Source: Owenia fusiformis | Taxonomy: Eukaryota | Direction of reading: 5' to 3' | Assembly: GCA_903813345.2 (NCBI GenBank) | Contig: CAIIXF020000001.1 | Location: 7,502,001-7,566,000 of the forward strand | Length of the DNA stretch: 64,000 nucleotides | In this document: positions 1 through 14,200 of the stretch, piece by piece | Layout: each line of letters starts with the position of its first letter | Position numbering within the stretch: position 1 is the first letter of the stretch | Position numbers and translations under genes: made by a program | The notes under the pieces: generated by a model | What the model was told of the DNA's origin: nothing | Databases searched by the model: none | Seen by the model: only the letters and a program-made list of their open reading frames with translations

Positions 1-1484
1 GGACATTCGTCTACGATATCTTTAGCATCATTGCCACGACTGAGTGCCTTGATGTTTATCGACATTTCGATGAAAAATATGATGAGAAAATAATTGACCT
101 TGTATTGCTGATCTTCAAGCCATTACTATATATGTCATCGCAGTTGTTGTTTCTGATGTGGTGTAACTATGGCAACATTCAGAACAATCCAAACATTAGA
201 AAGACCTCTGTGTTCATATTCGCAGCAGCCACAAACTTGTTCTTCTGGATATATTCGTTTTTGTTTGAATCTAAAAAAATATTTCTTCAAGAGGATCCTG
301 AGTACAACATAACAAAGCTTGACCCTGCTATACAGAAACATGCAAATGAATGTCTACATGAAGAAAGCGAGATGCAGAGAACAGCAGACAATGTAGAGAT
401 TTATCTTTATCCTGTTCAAATGGAATTCTGTATCTTAGCAACCAGTTTGTTACTCCATACTTGGTCCCATATAAAACACAGTCGTATGAGGATGCATGAT
501 GATGATGATATGATTGATTTTCCAGCAGATAATGGTGATGGTGGGCCAAAGGATGATGCAAATGGACAGCATGCTCTGATTCGTAGAAATAATGGCCAAG
601 ACAATGAAGTGAATGGAAATAACAATGTGATTGGTGGGAATGATGCTGACCCTCCACCAGTGCATGAAGTAAAATGCTATGGGCTATTATGGATCATTGC
701 AATAATGCTGATGACTCTAATGTTTACGTTTGAGTGTCTTTTATATGTTGAAACATTCTACAGCAAAGCAATCCTCATTGTTATTTCAATTAAAACACTT
801 TATGACCCATCTCTTGCAATAGTATGTGCATATGTGATATACAAGCTAAAGAAATCTGGGAAAATGAAGCGGTATGGTAATATTGATACAGAATGTGTCA
901 TTATGTTAATCTCATCTCTAGGCCTTGTCATTGATGTCGCGTTCACCTATATATCTGTTATTCCAACAATAATTTACCAAAATGTTGATCCTAACTGGGC
1001 AAATGAGTGCAATGACTTAAACATTATCCATGATATATCAAACAATGATGAAAGTGTCCGTCAATTTCTGATCATTAGTGTTTTAAGTTTGGTACGACAG
1101 TCATTTAAACTTATTCAAGTCATGTTACAAGTGTACCTTATAATCATATTGACCAGTTTCTATACTGGCCCCATTGATAATTGGTTATCCGAATGTCTCG
1201 GGTTCATACTCATCCTTAACTTTGGTCACTGGTTATCAGACAGTATCGTTGAGGTTAAGTTCACCAATGCTTCCCCTGTTCAAGAACACTACTTTGGATG
1301 TGACAACTGGCTTGTCATAGTTCACATATTTTTCACTCTGGCAATCTACTTCAGGTTCCACAGTGTGTTAATGCTATCTGAACATGTTAGGCGTAATAAG
1401 CATGGACATGATGGCTATCAACGACTGGATGGTGATAATGTCCAGGAACGTGAACAACCAGTAAACAACAATGACCATGCTTGA
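1..1484 (+). CDS. Otopetrin-family proton channel; 5'-truncated by the window edge and uninterrupted over the visible 1.48 kb
   Basis: The frame is open from base 3 (TFVYDIFSIIATTECLDVY...) to TGA at 1484. Multiple TM helices. Motifs YLYPVQMEFCILA and IYFRFHS resemble the otopetrin YLYPxxIEY and IFYRFHS motifs. Confidence 0.8.
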   Translation, partial: TFVYDIFSIIATTECLDVYRHFDEKYDEKIIDLVLLIFKPLLYMSSQLLFLMWCNYGNIQNNPNIRKTSVFIFAAATNLFFWIYSFLFESKKIFLQEDPEYNITKLDPAIQKHANECLHEESEMQRTADNVEIYLYPVQMEFCILATSLLLHTWSHIKHSRMRMHDDDDMIDFPADNGDGGPKDDANGQHALIRRNNGQDNEVNGNNNVIGGNDADPPPVHEVKCYGLLWIIAIMLMTLMFTFECLLYVETFYSKAILIVISIKTLYDPSLAIVCAYVIYKLKKSGKMKRYGNIDTECVIMLISSLGLVIDVAFTYISVIPTIIYQNVDPNWANECNDLNIIHDISNNDESVRQFLIISVLSLVRQSFKLIQVMLQVYLIIILTSFYTGPIDNWLSECLGFILILNFGHWLSDSIVEVKFTNASPVQEHYFGCDNWLVIVHIFFTLAIYFRFHSVLMLSEHVRRNKHGHDGYQRLDGDNVQEREQPVNNNDHA

Positions 1485-2236
1485 TTAGCAATCAAGATAT
1501 GAAGAGTGAATAATATAAGGGATTTTTATAAATATAACTAAGGCAAAGAACATATTTTGAAAGTTTAAACCTTGGTCCCTGACTGCTACTCTTCTAAACT
1601 GTCCATGTATTTTGTGTTTACGAAGCTGTGTTTACTTGAATGACTACAATATACCACATTTTAGTGCATACAGTATTTATACTCAAGTTCTGTTTAGTTG
1701 ATCTTAAGAAAGTGAATATTCAACATTGAATGAAACACTTTATTTTTCAACACCCTTTTAATATTTCAAACATCACGAGGCAAATCAAGCAATGTCAACA
1801 TGTCTGGCACTTTTCTTTCATTGATATACCTTTTGCCTTTTATTTTGAATGGTAGTGCCTTTTTAAAGATGCTATATCATCAGTTCATTGGAAACAAAAT
1901 CCAAATATTTCATCTATGAAGAGCAATACCTATTCATTATTTAATAAATTTTCAAGGTGTATTTCATTTTTACAGTTTAAGTCTCCCAAGACTTTATGTC
2001 ACTATATCAAGTTACTGGAAGGCCAAAGCGACCTATGTGTCAAATTCAGCTAAAAGGTAATAATATATACCTCCATGAAGCTATATAACACTCTTGTCTC
2101 TTTAGTCTCAAAAAAGTTCAAGGTCACATTTATAGGTCAAGGTCATCAATATGGGTTCCAATTCCTGTAATGCCACAAGTTTTATCTTAAGTGAGATGTA
2201 TGAAACTGCCCTAGTACAATTCAAGTATTTACTTAC

Positions 2237-5200
2237 CAAAAGTGCACAATCTATGGCTGCAATGAGGAAAGGGTCCAGAAAAGCTTGTATCCCATAAGCC
2301 ACTGTGAATTTCGATCCAATATCTGGGAAAGAACCAAGAATCCTTTGACAGAGCCAGCTGCTTATGACCAATATCGTGAATATAAGAACATTCATGAAAG
2401 GCCCTATGGTCACCAAAGCAATCTCTTCCCTTGTGTGAAGCAGTGTATTCTGGTAGTTCAAACTCACTGTGTATGGCAGGAATTCAAATCTGAAAAAGAA
2501 TTGTTTAACACATTTCATATTTGGCTATTTTCAAGTTAAAGCAGTATTTCTTTGAGATCTTTGGAATTGTTTTATTCATAAATCAACTTGATTAAAATAT
2601 TTCATAAAATGAAGAACAAAAATATTCACTTTTAACTCTTTTTCATCATTCAAAAATTTCCAATGCTAATTTCCTCTAAATACACTGTACAAAGATAGTT
2701 TTCACTGAAACACAATTTCTTGAAGACAGATTTTAGTGACATTTTCAAATAAAGCAAAAATATTCATTAAGTTATGTTATCCATATTTCCTTTTTGCCTA
2801 ATACTGTTGTAATCACTTACTTGTTAATCGGGATTGAAATTCCATTCAAGAAGAGCCACTGGCCGATGTAATGCATGTACATACGAATGAAAAACACGAC
2901 CACAAACATCAACAACATGCCCCAGAATTCTCTACTTCGCCACTGGGAGAGTCCGAGTTCTGCCATAAACTGACGACCAACGTAAGAGACTTTCTCCCAG
3001 CCATTCCTTGCTAGGGAGCCTTTCCCAGAGAATGGTGGCCTGAAATTAAAAAAAAATAATTTCTTGATTTATATTTACAATTACATAATTTTTCCACTCT
3101 TTATGTGTATTACTGATTTTTAGGAATTATGTGATCCATCCTCCTTTCATCCAGTCAACAACTCTTACACTGACTGCACATATCAATAGACATTACTCAT
3201 GAACTAAATTAGATCTACAGTACATAATATATCTAATAAACTTTGATACATAAGGACTACATACACACTTTAATGTAATTGATTCAGAGACTTTATTGAT
3301 GGAACACTTACTGTACAGAGAATGTATGGAGCTCCAGTTCTTCAAGATGAGTCAACTTCTTTTTCTGACGTTTCTTGGCCAGAAGTGGTGTCTTTGGGAT
3401 CATGGTATACATTTTCTTATGGTACACATCCACTGGGTTGTTCAGATGACGCTGAAATTATATTTCAATGGTATTTAATTTTGATTTTGAAGGCATGAGG
3501 ATGCAGCAAATTGATGCTTACATTACCCTGGGCCCAAAGGATAGTAATAATTACTAAGCTCTGAATTGGACTAATAAGTAGTGTATACAGTTTCCATTCT
3601 GAAATTGAAACCTTGTTGTGCCAATGCATACTTGCATTGTTAAAATAACTATTGTAGTAGAAATAAACATCCCTTTTTATAGCTAATATTAAATGATTTG
3701 CTATGCTTGCATGATACTATAACAATATCATCACTACCACAGAATTAGGCTTTTGAAATTTTGGGAAGTTGTAATATATGCAAAGTAAAACAGATGCACA
3801 TTTGTTTAACCTAATGAATTCTTTCAAACTACAGTAATATGAAGTTAGAATTAAGGTTCATCTGTTTAGCTCAAAGGTAGAGCAATTTCCTAAGGTGTGC
3901 TTGTCCCAGTTGATTACCAGTTCAGACATGACTAATTTGCTCCTTCTTACTTTTAGAAATTCATATTGTTCAACTGAGTGGTCCACTCATTCAAAAGACT
4001 TTAGTGTAAGTATTTTTCTCAAAACGCACAAGAACCTTATTGTAAAATGTAACAAACTGCACACAATCATGATTCCAAGGGCAAACCATGCAAGGCAACA
4101 TGAGGTAGCAGGATGGGGATTTATGTTTAAGTTTTGATGAATTAAAATATACATGTACATCAAAATGTCCTATATTTTGACAATCATGCAAAAAAAACAA
4201 AAGATAAAAAAGGTTGAAAACTCTATTTGAGAATAGTAGGGTTTAAAGAAAATGTGCTTTTTTATGTCAGTGAGACCTGAATACACATCAATTTTATAAA
4301 AGGTAAACAAATCAGAGAACAAATCTGAATAACACATCCAACATAAAAAACCACTGCCACATCGTTAACATAAAGCTAAATAAAATTGAGTATATTGTAC
4401 AGTACAAACTATTCTATATTTTAAACCAAGTAAACAAAGGACATGCCAAAATAAAAGGGAGATTCAGGTTGATCTTGCAACATGTAAACATGCATTTTGA
4501 AAAGCAGAGGAATACATTGTGAACAAAATACAATGATGGATACCGAACGTACATGTAGGAAAACAATCAGACAGATTTACATCCTCGTTGCTCTATATGT
4601 AATAGTCACTGCACAGAGTACATCAGCAAAGAATGGGTGCCTTTTAAGTGATAACATCGACAATGTTTATAATGTGATACTCAATACACAACCAAGCCCC
4701 TGTGAATCAACACCTATAGGGGGCACAGGTGGAGGTAATACAAGGACTAATGAACTAGAAGTAGAATATGCCAAAATTATTCAAGACAACAGAGAAATTT
4801 CTTTGACTTTAATTCGATTACAGAATACGATACTTGACATAGCAACTGACAAAACTAACATTACATATGTAAACCAAACTTTGCTCAAAATTGAAAATAA
4901 AATGGGACTTCTTAACGAAAATGTGATTCAACTTCAAGAGAACATAAGAAAAGGAAACATGGAAAATTTAACACAAGAACTTGATGGTTTGAGAAGTTCA
5001 TTTAAAAAACAAAACAAAACTCTGTATAGATTTATCAGCAATGTGAATACTAAACTGGACGATACTACAGAAGGATTGATATTAACAAATAGACAGCTAA
5101 GAGAGACAAATGAAAGGCTTGACAATGCAATAAAATATTTAAGAAATGGAACAACAAATATACCAAATTATTCTAGTAATACTACAGGTAATACCATGGC

Positions 5201-8200
5201 TTTCACCTTAGTGTCATATTACTAAGGTCATACAAAGTTAATAACATGCTAAACATCCTTGCAAAAGACGATCTATTAGGGAAATTAAGGTGAAAAACAA
5301 ATGAAAATCAAAACCTTTATTCATCATATTTCTATTAGGATCTTTTATTATTCAAAAATACCATAAGGCATTCAAAGTGCATAATCTATAAAGGGACACA
5401 TCACTTAAGTTCACATTAACTTTTTTAATCAATATTACTGAAGCTGAAACACTGGTCCACAGCTGGAGTTAAGCTTCATCCTAGATGGGGGACAAAATTC
5501 GTTTGATATTGATAAACTTTCCATTTAGGTTAAACCATGTAAAATCTTGATTCAAAATACTTTGTCATACAAACTAATTAAGTTTCTGCTGTAGCTCAAA
5601 TATCTCTGAATTTGGTGAAATTCAAAGGAAACAGCTTTGCTAAAGGATGATACTAACTCAAAAAATTATATTTTTGGAAGTGATGATACAACTCAGTCTA
5701 CTCCGTTTGAGTTAGTATCATCCCAATGTAAGCAAAACCGTGTTGGCGTTTTCTTTAAATTCATTTAATTTTGAATATGTTTGAGCATGTTTTTGTACAA
5801 TATGTAATTCTTTACAATCAAGACATTACTAGTTTGCGTGGCAAAATATTTGGGATCCGGATTTTTCTTAGTTTAGCTAAAATCGAAGTTAATCAATATC
5901 AAACAAACTTTGTCCACCATTTTGGATGACTGTAACTCCAGTTAGTATCATCCTGCTGCAGACCAATTGTTACAGTTACTGAAATAAGTTTGAATTATTT
6001 CAAAATCTAATTTTAGTTGAGAAATGTCCACCATCTTCAGTACAGTATGAAGGAACATGCTACACATTCATCAAACAACAGATGACATGGCATCAAGCTG
6101 AGTTGACGTGCCTAACACTGGGGGGACATCTGGTGGCCATAGAGACCCAATCAGAGCAGGACTTCATAGTAGGGTACTTAGATGACAATGGTAGGATTCC
6201 TATTATTATATGCTCTTACTCGATTAATTTAAAGATTAGTTAATAGCACATATGCTACAAAAACAGCAACTCTTGAAGTAGCAAATACCAATGAACAAAA
6301 CATAAGTATTTCATGAATTACTTGTTTTTAACAATCACCAGGAATGGAAATAACTAGGCAATAATACTGTCTCATTTTTTGCAAAATCTACACCTATGGC
6401 ATGACATGACGCCATATTATCGATTCCTCCTTGAGTAAAGGACCATATGACATCATACCTACATAATTTGAACCAAATCTGGTAACTCAGGTATTTGTGT
6501 TTTCAAAAAAACATTCTGAATTCAGCAGCAATATGAAAGATATCTTCTTGAGTAGACTAACCCCACAAGACATAGGCACATACCATCTGAATAAAGTCTG
6601 ACAATTGGAGTAATCAAAAATTATTATTTTTCATGAAAAATGGTGGCCATTTTAAATTCAGTGGCAACCATGAAAATTTCTTCTTGAGCAGAGGTCTCTC
6701 AACTGATATTGTTTGACTGATATTTGAGTTATCAAAGATAACAATATTTACAAAATATGGTGGCCATATTGAACTGCCGTTTTGAATTGAGCGGCCATAT
6801 TGAAAGATCCTTTCTCAAGCAGAGGTCTTATTCCCATTAACCATCAGCCTATGTAGTTTGAGGTGTTTTATTTGTCAAGCAGTGTTTGGTGGAAAAAAAT
6901 TAAGTATCAATGATCCATAAAAATTAAAACAGGCATCATACTTCAAGTTCTTATTTTAGATATGAAAGGATTTGACTACTGGATTGGAGCAAATGACTTG
7001 ATACAAGAAGGACAGTTTATATGGGTCGGCACAAACAAGCCCCTCAGTTACACCACATGGGCAGATATTAATGGTCCACAGCCAGACAATAATAAAGGGA
7101 AGGAACACTGTGTGCACCTTCGTGACATTCATGATCTTAACTGGAATGACATCAACTGTTTTGAGTATGAATTCAGATCAATATGTGAATACACTTAGAG
7201 AACAACACATGTGGAATTATAGTTGGACTTATGATGCTGATGCAGAATATACATTGTATATTCAATTCATCAAAATATTTGACAATGTTTGTTATATGAA
7301 CAACAACAATGGTTTTGCGTATAAAGCTTTTGAGTCAACACATGAACACAGTCAACATCAGTGATCCTGATATCTTTATTATTATTAGTTATTGTTTGTT
7401 ATTGTTTTAGTGTATTAATTATAAACACTGCACCTTCAAATTAATCAGCAAACTTTTTATTTTCAGTGATCTCCCAGGCTTTTTTTAAAAAAGGTCCAAA
7501 ATCCTATTTACCTATTTGGTCAAAATATCTCAATTCATCATTTTGACAAACAAACACAAACAAATTTTCAACAGGGTGGCATGGAGCACAATGTACAATT
7601 GCTCTAATGCTGGATATATTACTTATTTACCAAGAATTTTTGGGTGTATCTTTATATTGAGGGAGGCTGTTGTTAACAATGAAATCTATAGCTTACAGGC
7701 CCGTAGCCAGCCTTCGCTTTCTACTTTTCAAAAAATTCCATGGAGTTTACATTTGACAACTTCGCCCCAAAATCACTCTCAGAATGGTGAAAAATTGCAT
7801 GATCTTGAAAGAATTTTTTCCCAGATTTGCTTGAATCCCCAGAACTCTCCACCTGGATATGGCCTAGCTTATCAATGTTCTCTTGGTAAAAATCATCAAC
7901 ATACCTTATAATACATGCCAGGGTTGTCTTTCACAGGGTAGAATTCATCATCTTTCTTAAGCACAAAGATGTCATCCTCATCATAGTCCGACTCATCAGA
8001 ATCACCCGCCATCTTGATTTTGTTGTCTTTGTGAATGTTACGTGAACCAACAGTGGTCATTGGCCGACCAGTTTGCAAATCACTCGTGGACAGAGAAAAC
8101 TGAAAAACACAATGGTACATTTTATTCATTTTTAAGATGAAAATCCTACATATAGACTAATAGGGATTCCGACAAATCTGGGATTAGTATATTCATTTCA

Positions 8201-11200
8201 CTTGAAATCCAGGAAGGTGCACATGCTGAACTGCTTATAATACTGTATTTTACAATAACATAAATCACATACCAATATCTCAATGTGAAGTAAAAGAACA
8301 TACCTTTTTAATAGAGTCAGAGTCTGATCCTTTGCCATCACTGCTACTGCTAGGTAGAGCTAATTTCTTAGTGGAGTCATGCCCCAATGATGCATTCTCC
8401 TCCCTGCTGCTAGTGGATGCTATGTTCAGACTGGTCATTGAACCCCTATAGAAGAAATACATGAGTTATGCCCTGGTAGGTTAAGAGTCTCTCCTAAGAC
8501 CAGAATCTTCAGAATGATTGAATAAATAGCATTGTATTCAACAAAAACAACAATGTACAATACATTTTTTATGGAACATGAGCATATGTTTTTAAATTCA
8601 TTTTTTTAATGAATGAAACATTCCCCTTGATAAAAAAATTTATAATAATTTGCTGAATAAACTTACAATTCATTGTTTTCACCAAGTTTGACATTTAGCT
8701 TTGATCCACTGATGGGATCCTCTCCATCCCTGTTCATCTCTCCCCCAGTGTTCACCCTGTCAGGATAGCTGAGTAAACCAGCGCTGAACTGCAGTTCCAC
8801 CTCATACTCCTTCTGACCAGCTAGGTACCTAACAATAGAGTGGAAAAATAAAGTGTATGTGTACAAAGGGAAACAACAAGAGCAGATTGTTCATATGAGG
8901 AAAACAATCGAAATATTTTGACTTTTTTGACATTTTTTAACATTTTATATTTGTACTCCGTCCACTCCATAGAGCAATTTGTGATATCTACAACTATGGT
9001 TAACTTTCATTCAAAACAATCACCGTTCTCTAGTGATAATACATTTTGGAGTCAGTGACAAATTATTCACGAAAACTTGGAAACATGTCCTTATGGTACC
9101 CCCTCTATAAGCAAATTCTAGTGGCAGGAATAGAGTGAGAGATTGCAGGACAAAACACCTGATGCAAGTAAGACTACAATAAAAGCAGTTGGTACCTTGG
9201 AAGCTTTATCACTTCTAGATAGAGATTACAGAGCCAATGATCAAGGTCGGTAGCCATCAATTCTTCAACCTTGGTGTGTTTATCAATCATAGGATCCATT
9301 TCACCACGTAATAGAGGAACCTTGTACCTGGAACACCAAGTCATGAGCAATTATATATTCTATATTTGATACTATAGTTGATTTATGTTTAATGGGGTAT
9401 GAATGATAACACTTTGTAACTAGGATTTCATAATAATATGGTTGACACTGAAAAAGATGAAAGATTTTACTTACTTTCCTTCGATGATATCAAAAGTGGC
9501 ATCACAGATAGGGAATGCTCCCCAGCCTACAACACGGTCTGTGGCCACAACATTTCCACGCAACAGGAAGACCTCAAATACCAGCACCATGCCAGGTCTT
9601 ACATTAGGTTTGGAAGGTAGAACAGTGAAGACACTTTGGTCAAACTACAATAATAAATGTTTGTAAGATAATAAAGCTGAACAGACACTTGTAAATATAA
9701 CATAATTTTTATTAATTATCCAAATAAGTCCAGTTTTAAAAATCCAATCACAATTCAGAAATTGATTGATAAATTATATTTTCAAATAATACAAATTATC
9801 CGATTCTCAAAAGAAATTACACAAAAATTTTTACCTAGAATTGATAGCTAAGAAAATATTCCAGTCTAATGGCATCCTAAACTACCATTGACACTTGACA
9901 GGTGCTTTTTTCCCACACTAAAAGAACATTACCTTCATTTCATAGTTATAGAAGTTGCCATCATGGTGCATAGGAAGAGTTGCCCCTCCCCACTGTTGAC
10001 CTTTCAGGTTAGACCAGCGCATCACGTGACCCCCCAGTCTGTTATAAAGGGACGCCATCAACACATAACGCCCAGCTGAAACAAAAGATAGCATGAGACT
10101 ATAAGTGTTTCTCATACACTTAAGCTGACCTGAATGATCTCGCAAAATACACAAATATAACAAGATCTAACCCTTTAATGTTTTAATGTTGAACCCATTA
10201 TGGAGAGTTACCTTTTCAAAAATTGTTCTTTGTCATTGCTATTTAATATAAACCAATCTAATTCCAATATTGGGGGCTGCATTTTTTGGATCACCCTGTA
10301 TATGAAAGTGCAAACATCTTATACCTGGTAACTTGTCCTTGACCCCTCTGAGACAGCTTAGCTTCACCTGTATGGGCTGAGGAGTCTTGTCCCAGTCTAC
10401 CTTCCAACGACGACCAGTAGATCCCCCATAGTGGCCATCAGCCATCACCAAGTCACCATACATTGTCTGAAAAAAAATATTATAAATACCAGACCTTAAA
10501 GAATAAATAAATACAAAATACATGTTATAGTAGATTGTTTTAGATGTTTCAGTATCTTCATTTGGTGTAACATGTAGTACCTTTTTGACAGCTTGACATT
10601 ATACTATGTTTAAAGCTAGGAAAAATTCAATTCTTATCATATCAAATCAGTGAAGATTATTATTCCGAAGGCTCACAATTGTAATGATTAAAGACCTTTT
10701 ACACATAGTGCATTTACATGAATAGACCGAAATGAGCTGAAATAGTCAGATGAAATCACACATTACCTTGACTTCTCCCTTACGTCTCTCCAGAGATGAA
10801 ATGAGTTGATTCTCTGCACGTCTGAATGCCTTATGGAGTCTGTCCATCTGTAGCCTCTCTCTTTGTAAAGCTAGCTCCTACAAAATGCAATAAAAATTGA
10901 ATAAAAACAAATGATTTATTATCAAGTCATAGCTAATGGCTTCTTGAATACTAGAACCTGTCAAAGATCATCAAAATATACAAGAACACACATTTCAGTG
11001 TATCTTAAGGGTGTTCTAAGAAGAATCTTCAAGACCAAACCTTAGGTATCTCGTTAAACATTTTAGCTCTTGATTTTATAATTGATACATGTTGCAGCTG
11101 GAAAAGTAAAATTAAAAGAGAGTTGATAATCATTGGAAACCAGTGAAAGAAAATTCACCTCTTGATGTCTGATATTAGTACGCCTATCTTTAAGTGTTGT

Positions 11201-14200
11201 GGCCACTCTACGCTTTGCTTCTTCCTCTTTAAGAAGTAGTTCCTCATACTTCATGCGTGATGCAATGGCTTCCTGTTGCTGATACATGATATGCTCATCG
11301 CGAAGTCTCTTCTCCTCTTCCTGATTTGAAACAAACAATAAATGAATTGTATTTTAAGGTATGTGGACTCACATAGGAAGGTAACTTCAATTTAAACACT
11401 AAGTATAATTTATTCCCGGGACAGTAGAGTCGCAAAATAGTACAGATTTTTTATCAAAACATAATGCAGTATAGAGAACAAAAGATTGAAACACTAGTGA
11501 TATTACAAACATTTTTCAAAACATTCTGATATTCAAATATCTCTTTGGTTGTATCAGAAACACTAACATCGATGAAAAAGTGTTGCATAAATTAAAATCA
11601 TATTATATATGATACATATACAGGGTGTCAAATAAGTCCCGTCCCCCCTGCTACAGCTAAAACCATAACAGAAGGTACCTAGTGTGATATACCATTGGAA
11701 AGATCATCCGAAGTTATGTTAACTCACCAACTCTCAAGTATTTTGGATGAAATTTACCTATATTTTTATGATGTCTTTTAAAATTAACGTGCCCTCATTT
11801 AAGTAGCTTTTTAGCGTCAAAATGACAAGGATATGACCTCAGAAATACATCAAAAAGTTAATCTTTTTCACATTCCACTTGTTACACAAAGGTTTTCACC
11901 ACTTTCCTTGCACCTCTATTTTCTACACATCTAACCCTGTCCAGAAATAGGTTAAATTCATCGCCATAAACATATTAAGTCATATTTTGGTCCTGTGACC
12001 TTTCTTATACACGATTCTTAAAATCGTGCCAAATACGCCAAATTGCCATGTTTCTAGGCATATGGTCACCTCAATTGATACAATGCAAAAATTTCTGAGA
12101 TTGATTGACATGTGTCAGATATATGCTAATCAACGTAACTTTGGAAGACCTTTCCAATGATATATCACACTTGGTACCAAATATCTTGGTTTTGGCTGTA
12201 GAGGGGGGGACGGGACTTATTTGACACCCTGTAAGCAGCATCTTTCAAATAAATAATAATTTGTAAACAAACTTACCTGGACCTCTTCCAAAGATATACT
12301 CCCAATCATGAGCACCTCATCTTTTATTGTATGTTCAAACTCATCCACATATTGATTAATCTCCTCTTCTTCCATCTGCAGCTTCAACTCTGAAATCTTC
12401 TTGTACATTGGGGCATGCTCCGGGGCAGAAAACAAAGATGGAGGCTCAGGAATATCAAACTCTGTCTCCTCTTTTTCCATCTTTTCGATGATTTTTACAA
12501 TCTTTGGCTGCCCATCTTCTTCTCCATCTTTAGGAGTGAAATCTGCAATTAATACAGTATGGTTGTGTCTGTTGTTATAGGTTGATATTTTCTTACCAGA
12601 TAATTAGACTTTTTACATTAATTTCTATACAATCATTTCTAGATCCCTGGGGGTTAAATTCTACAACACTATTCTGGTTTTTGTCAAACAGAAATATAAA
12701 TAATATATTGTTTCATATGGGCCAAGTAAAATCTCTACTAAAGTAACACATGCAAGGTCAAGCTTATTCAAATGTCTCAAATCTCATCAAAAAGTTAAAA
12801 TACAAGTACAATAAATATCCTACCATATTTAAACTCCTCTTCATTCCACTCAATTCCATAGTCACGAGGGTCAAGGTTACTGAAGTCGCGATCTTCAAAG
12901 TCATACGTCTTTGTCCTTGATGTTGTTGTCTTAACAGTAGGAAAAGGAACAGATTCTTCATTCTCCTCAGTTTCAACTTTAACAGTTCCATCATCTGTTA
13001 CTTTCACAGCTTCATCTTGGGGCTGTTCTCCATTCAGCACTTTGGAGTCCTCTTCCTGAGGGGGTTTGCCTGTTGCAACAGTTGATGGAACAGCCTCGGT
13101 AGGTGTACTAGCAGCTATTGGAACAGCTTCCGTAGGCTCTGGGTCTTTTACAACATTTTCAGTTTCTAAAATAAAAATATGGATTCTTTGAAAATTTAAT
13201 GTAACATCATACATACATGTATATTAGATATCATTGTTCTCTGGAAGAGCATGTATGTGCATTTTAAAAATATAATATACTCATAATATACAAATATCAA
13301 TGACAGAAATAAAAAATAAATATGTATACAATATTGATTTAAATGTCAATTTAAATGTTATTATACCTTTCAATGGTTCTGTACTTTCAACATTTTTGCT
13401 CATGGTTTCTTCTGTCGGAGCTGCAGCCTTTGCCTCTTGTGTTGGGACTGAGGGGTCTTTATTTTCCTCATTTGATTGGTCTGTAAATGAAAATACAGAA
13501 TGAAATCCTGTGATAAGGGCCGACATGAAAAAATCAGTTCATTCGACGATTGAACGCACCTCTCATTTCCAGGCAAAAGGACCAGTTAACTTTTCCACAT
13601 CAAAATTGCATATATAGCATTGAAGCCAGGTCTTACATGCCTAAGTTTGAAATAGTATTATAGAGTACATGTCATTATAAAACAAAGTTTTGCATAAACG
13701 TCAAATCTTGCCCTTTGTGTTTTCTCATTATTTGACTTGTCCTTACACCTGTAGTAACATATTTTGCAATATCTATGTAAAATCAATCATAGATGTCAAA
13801 ATCACTAACCTTTTGACCGTTTCTTCTTCTTTTTATGTTTTTTGGCTGGAAATTATAATTCATATTAAAAATTATCAAAACAAAGAGGAATTGCACAAAG
13901 AACATCAAAATTGGAAATCAAGTGTAATGCTATAGATATAAGAAAAAAATGTTGACTTTTTTTAATTTTTTGAATAAAGAATTTTGAGACCAAGGCCAAA
14001 ATGTTCAAATACAGCATTGAAATATATTGAAATCCAATCTAACTACACAAATATGTTTCTTAACACTGACAAAACAAACACCAATTTCTATTCAATCCAC
14101 AACAATAGCTTCTTGAAGCTATTGAGGATTAAAGCTAGTGAATGATCGATAAAGTGTTCTCCAGAAGATATACATAGATGTACACTGTATAATGACTTCA

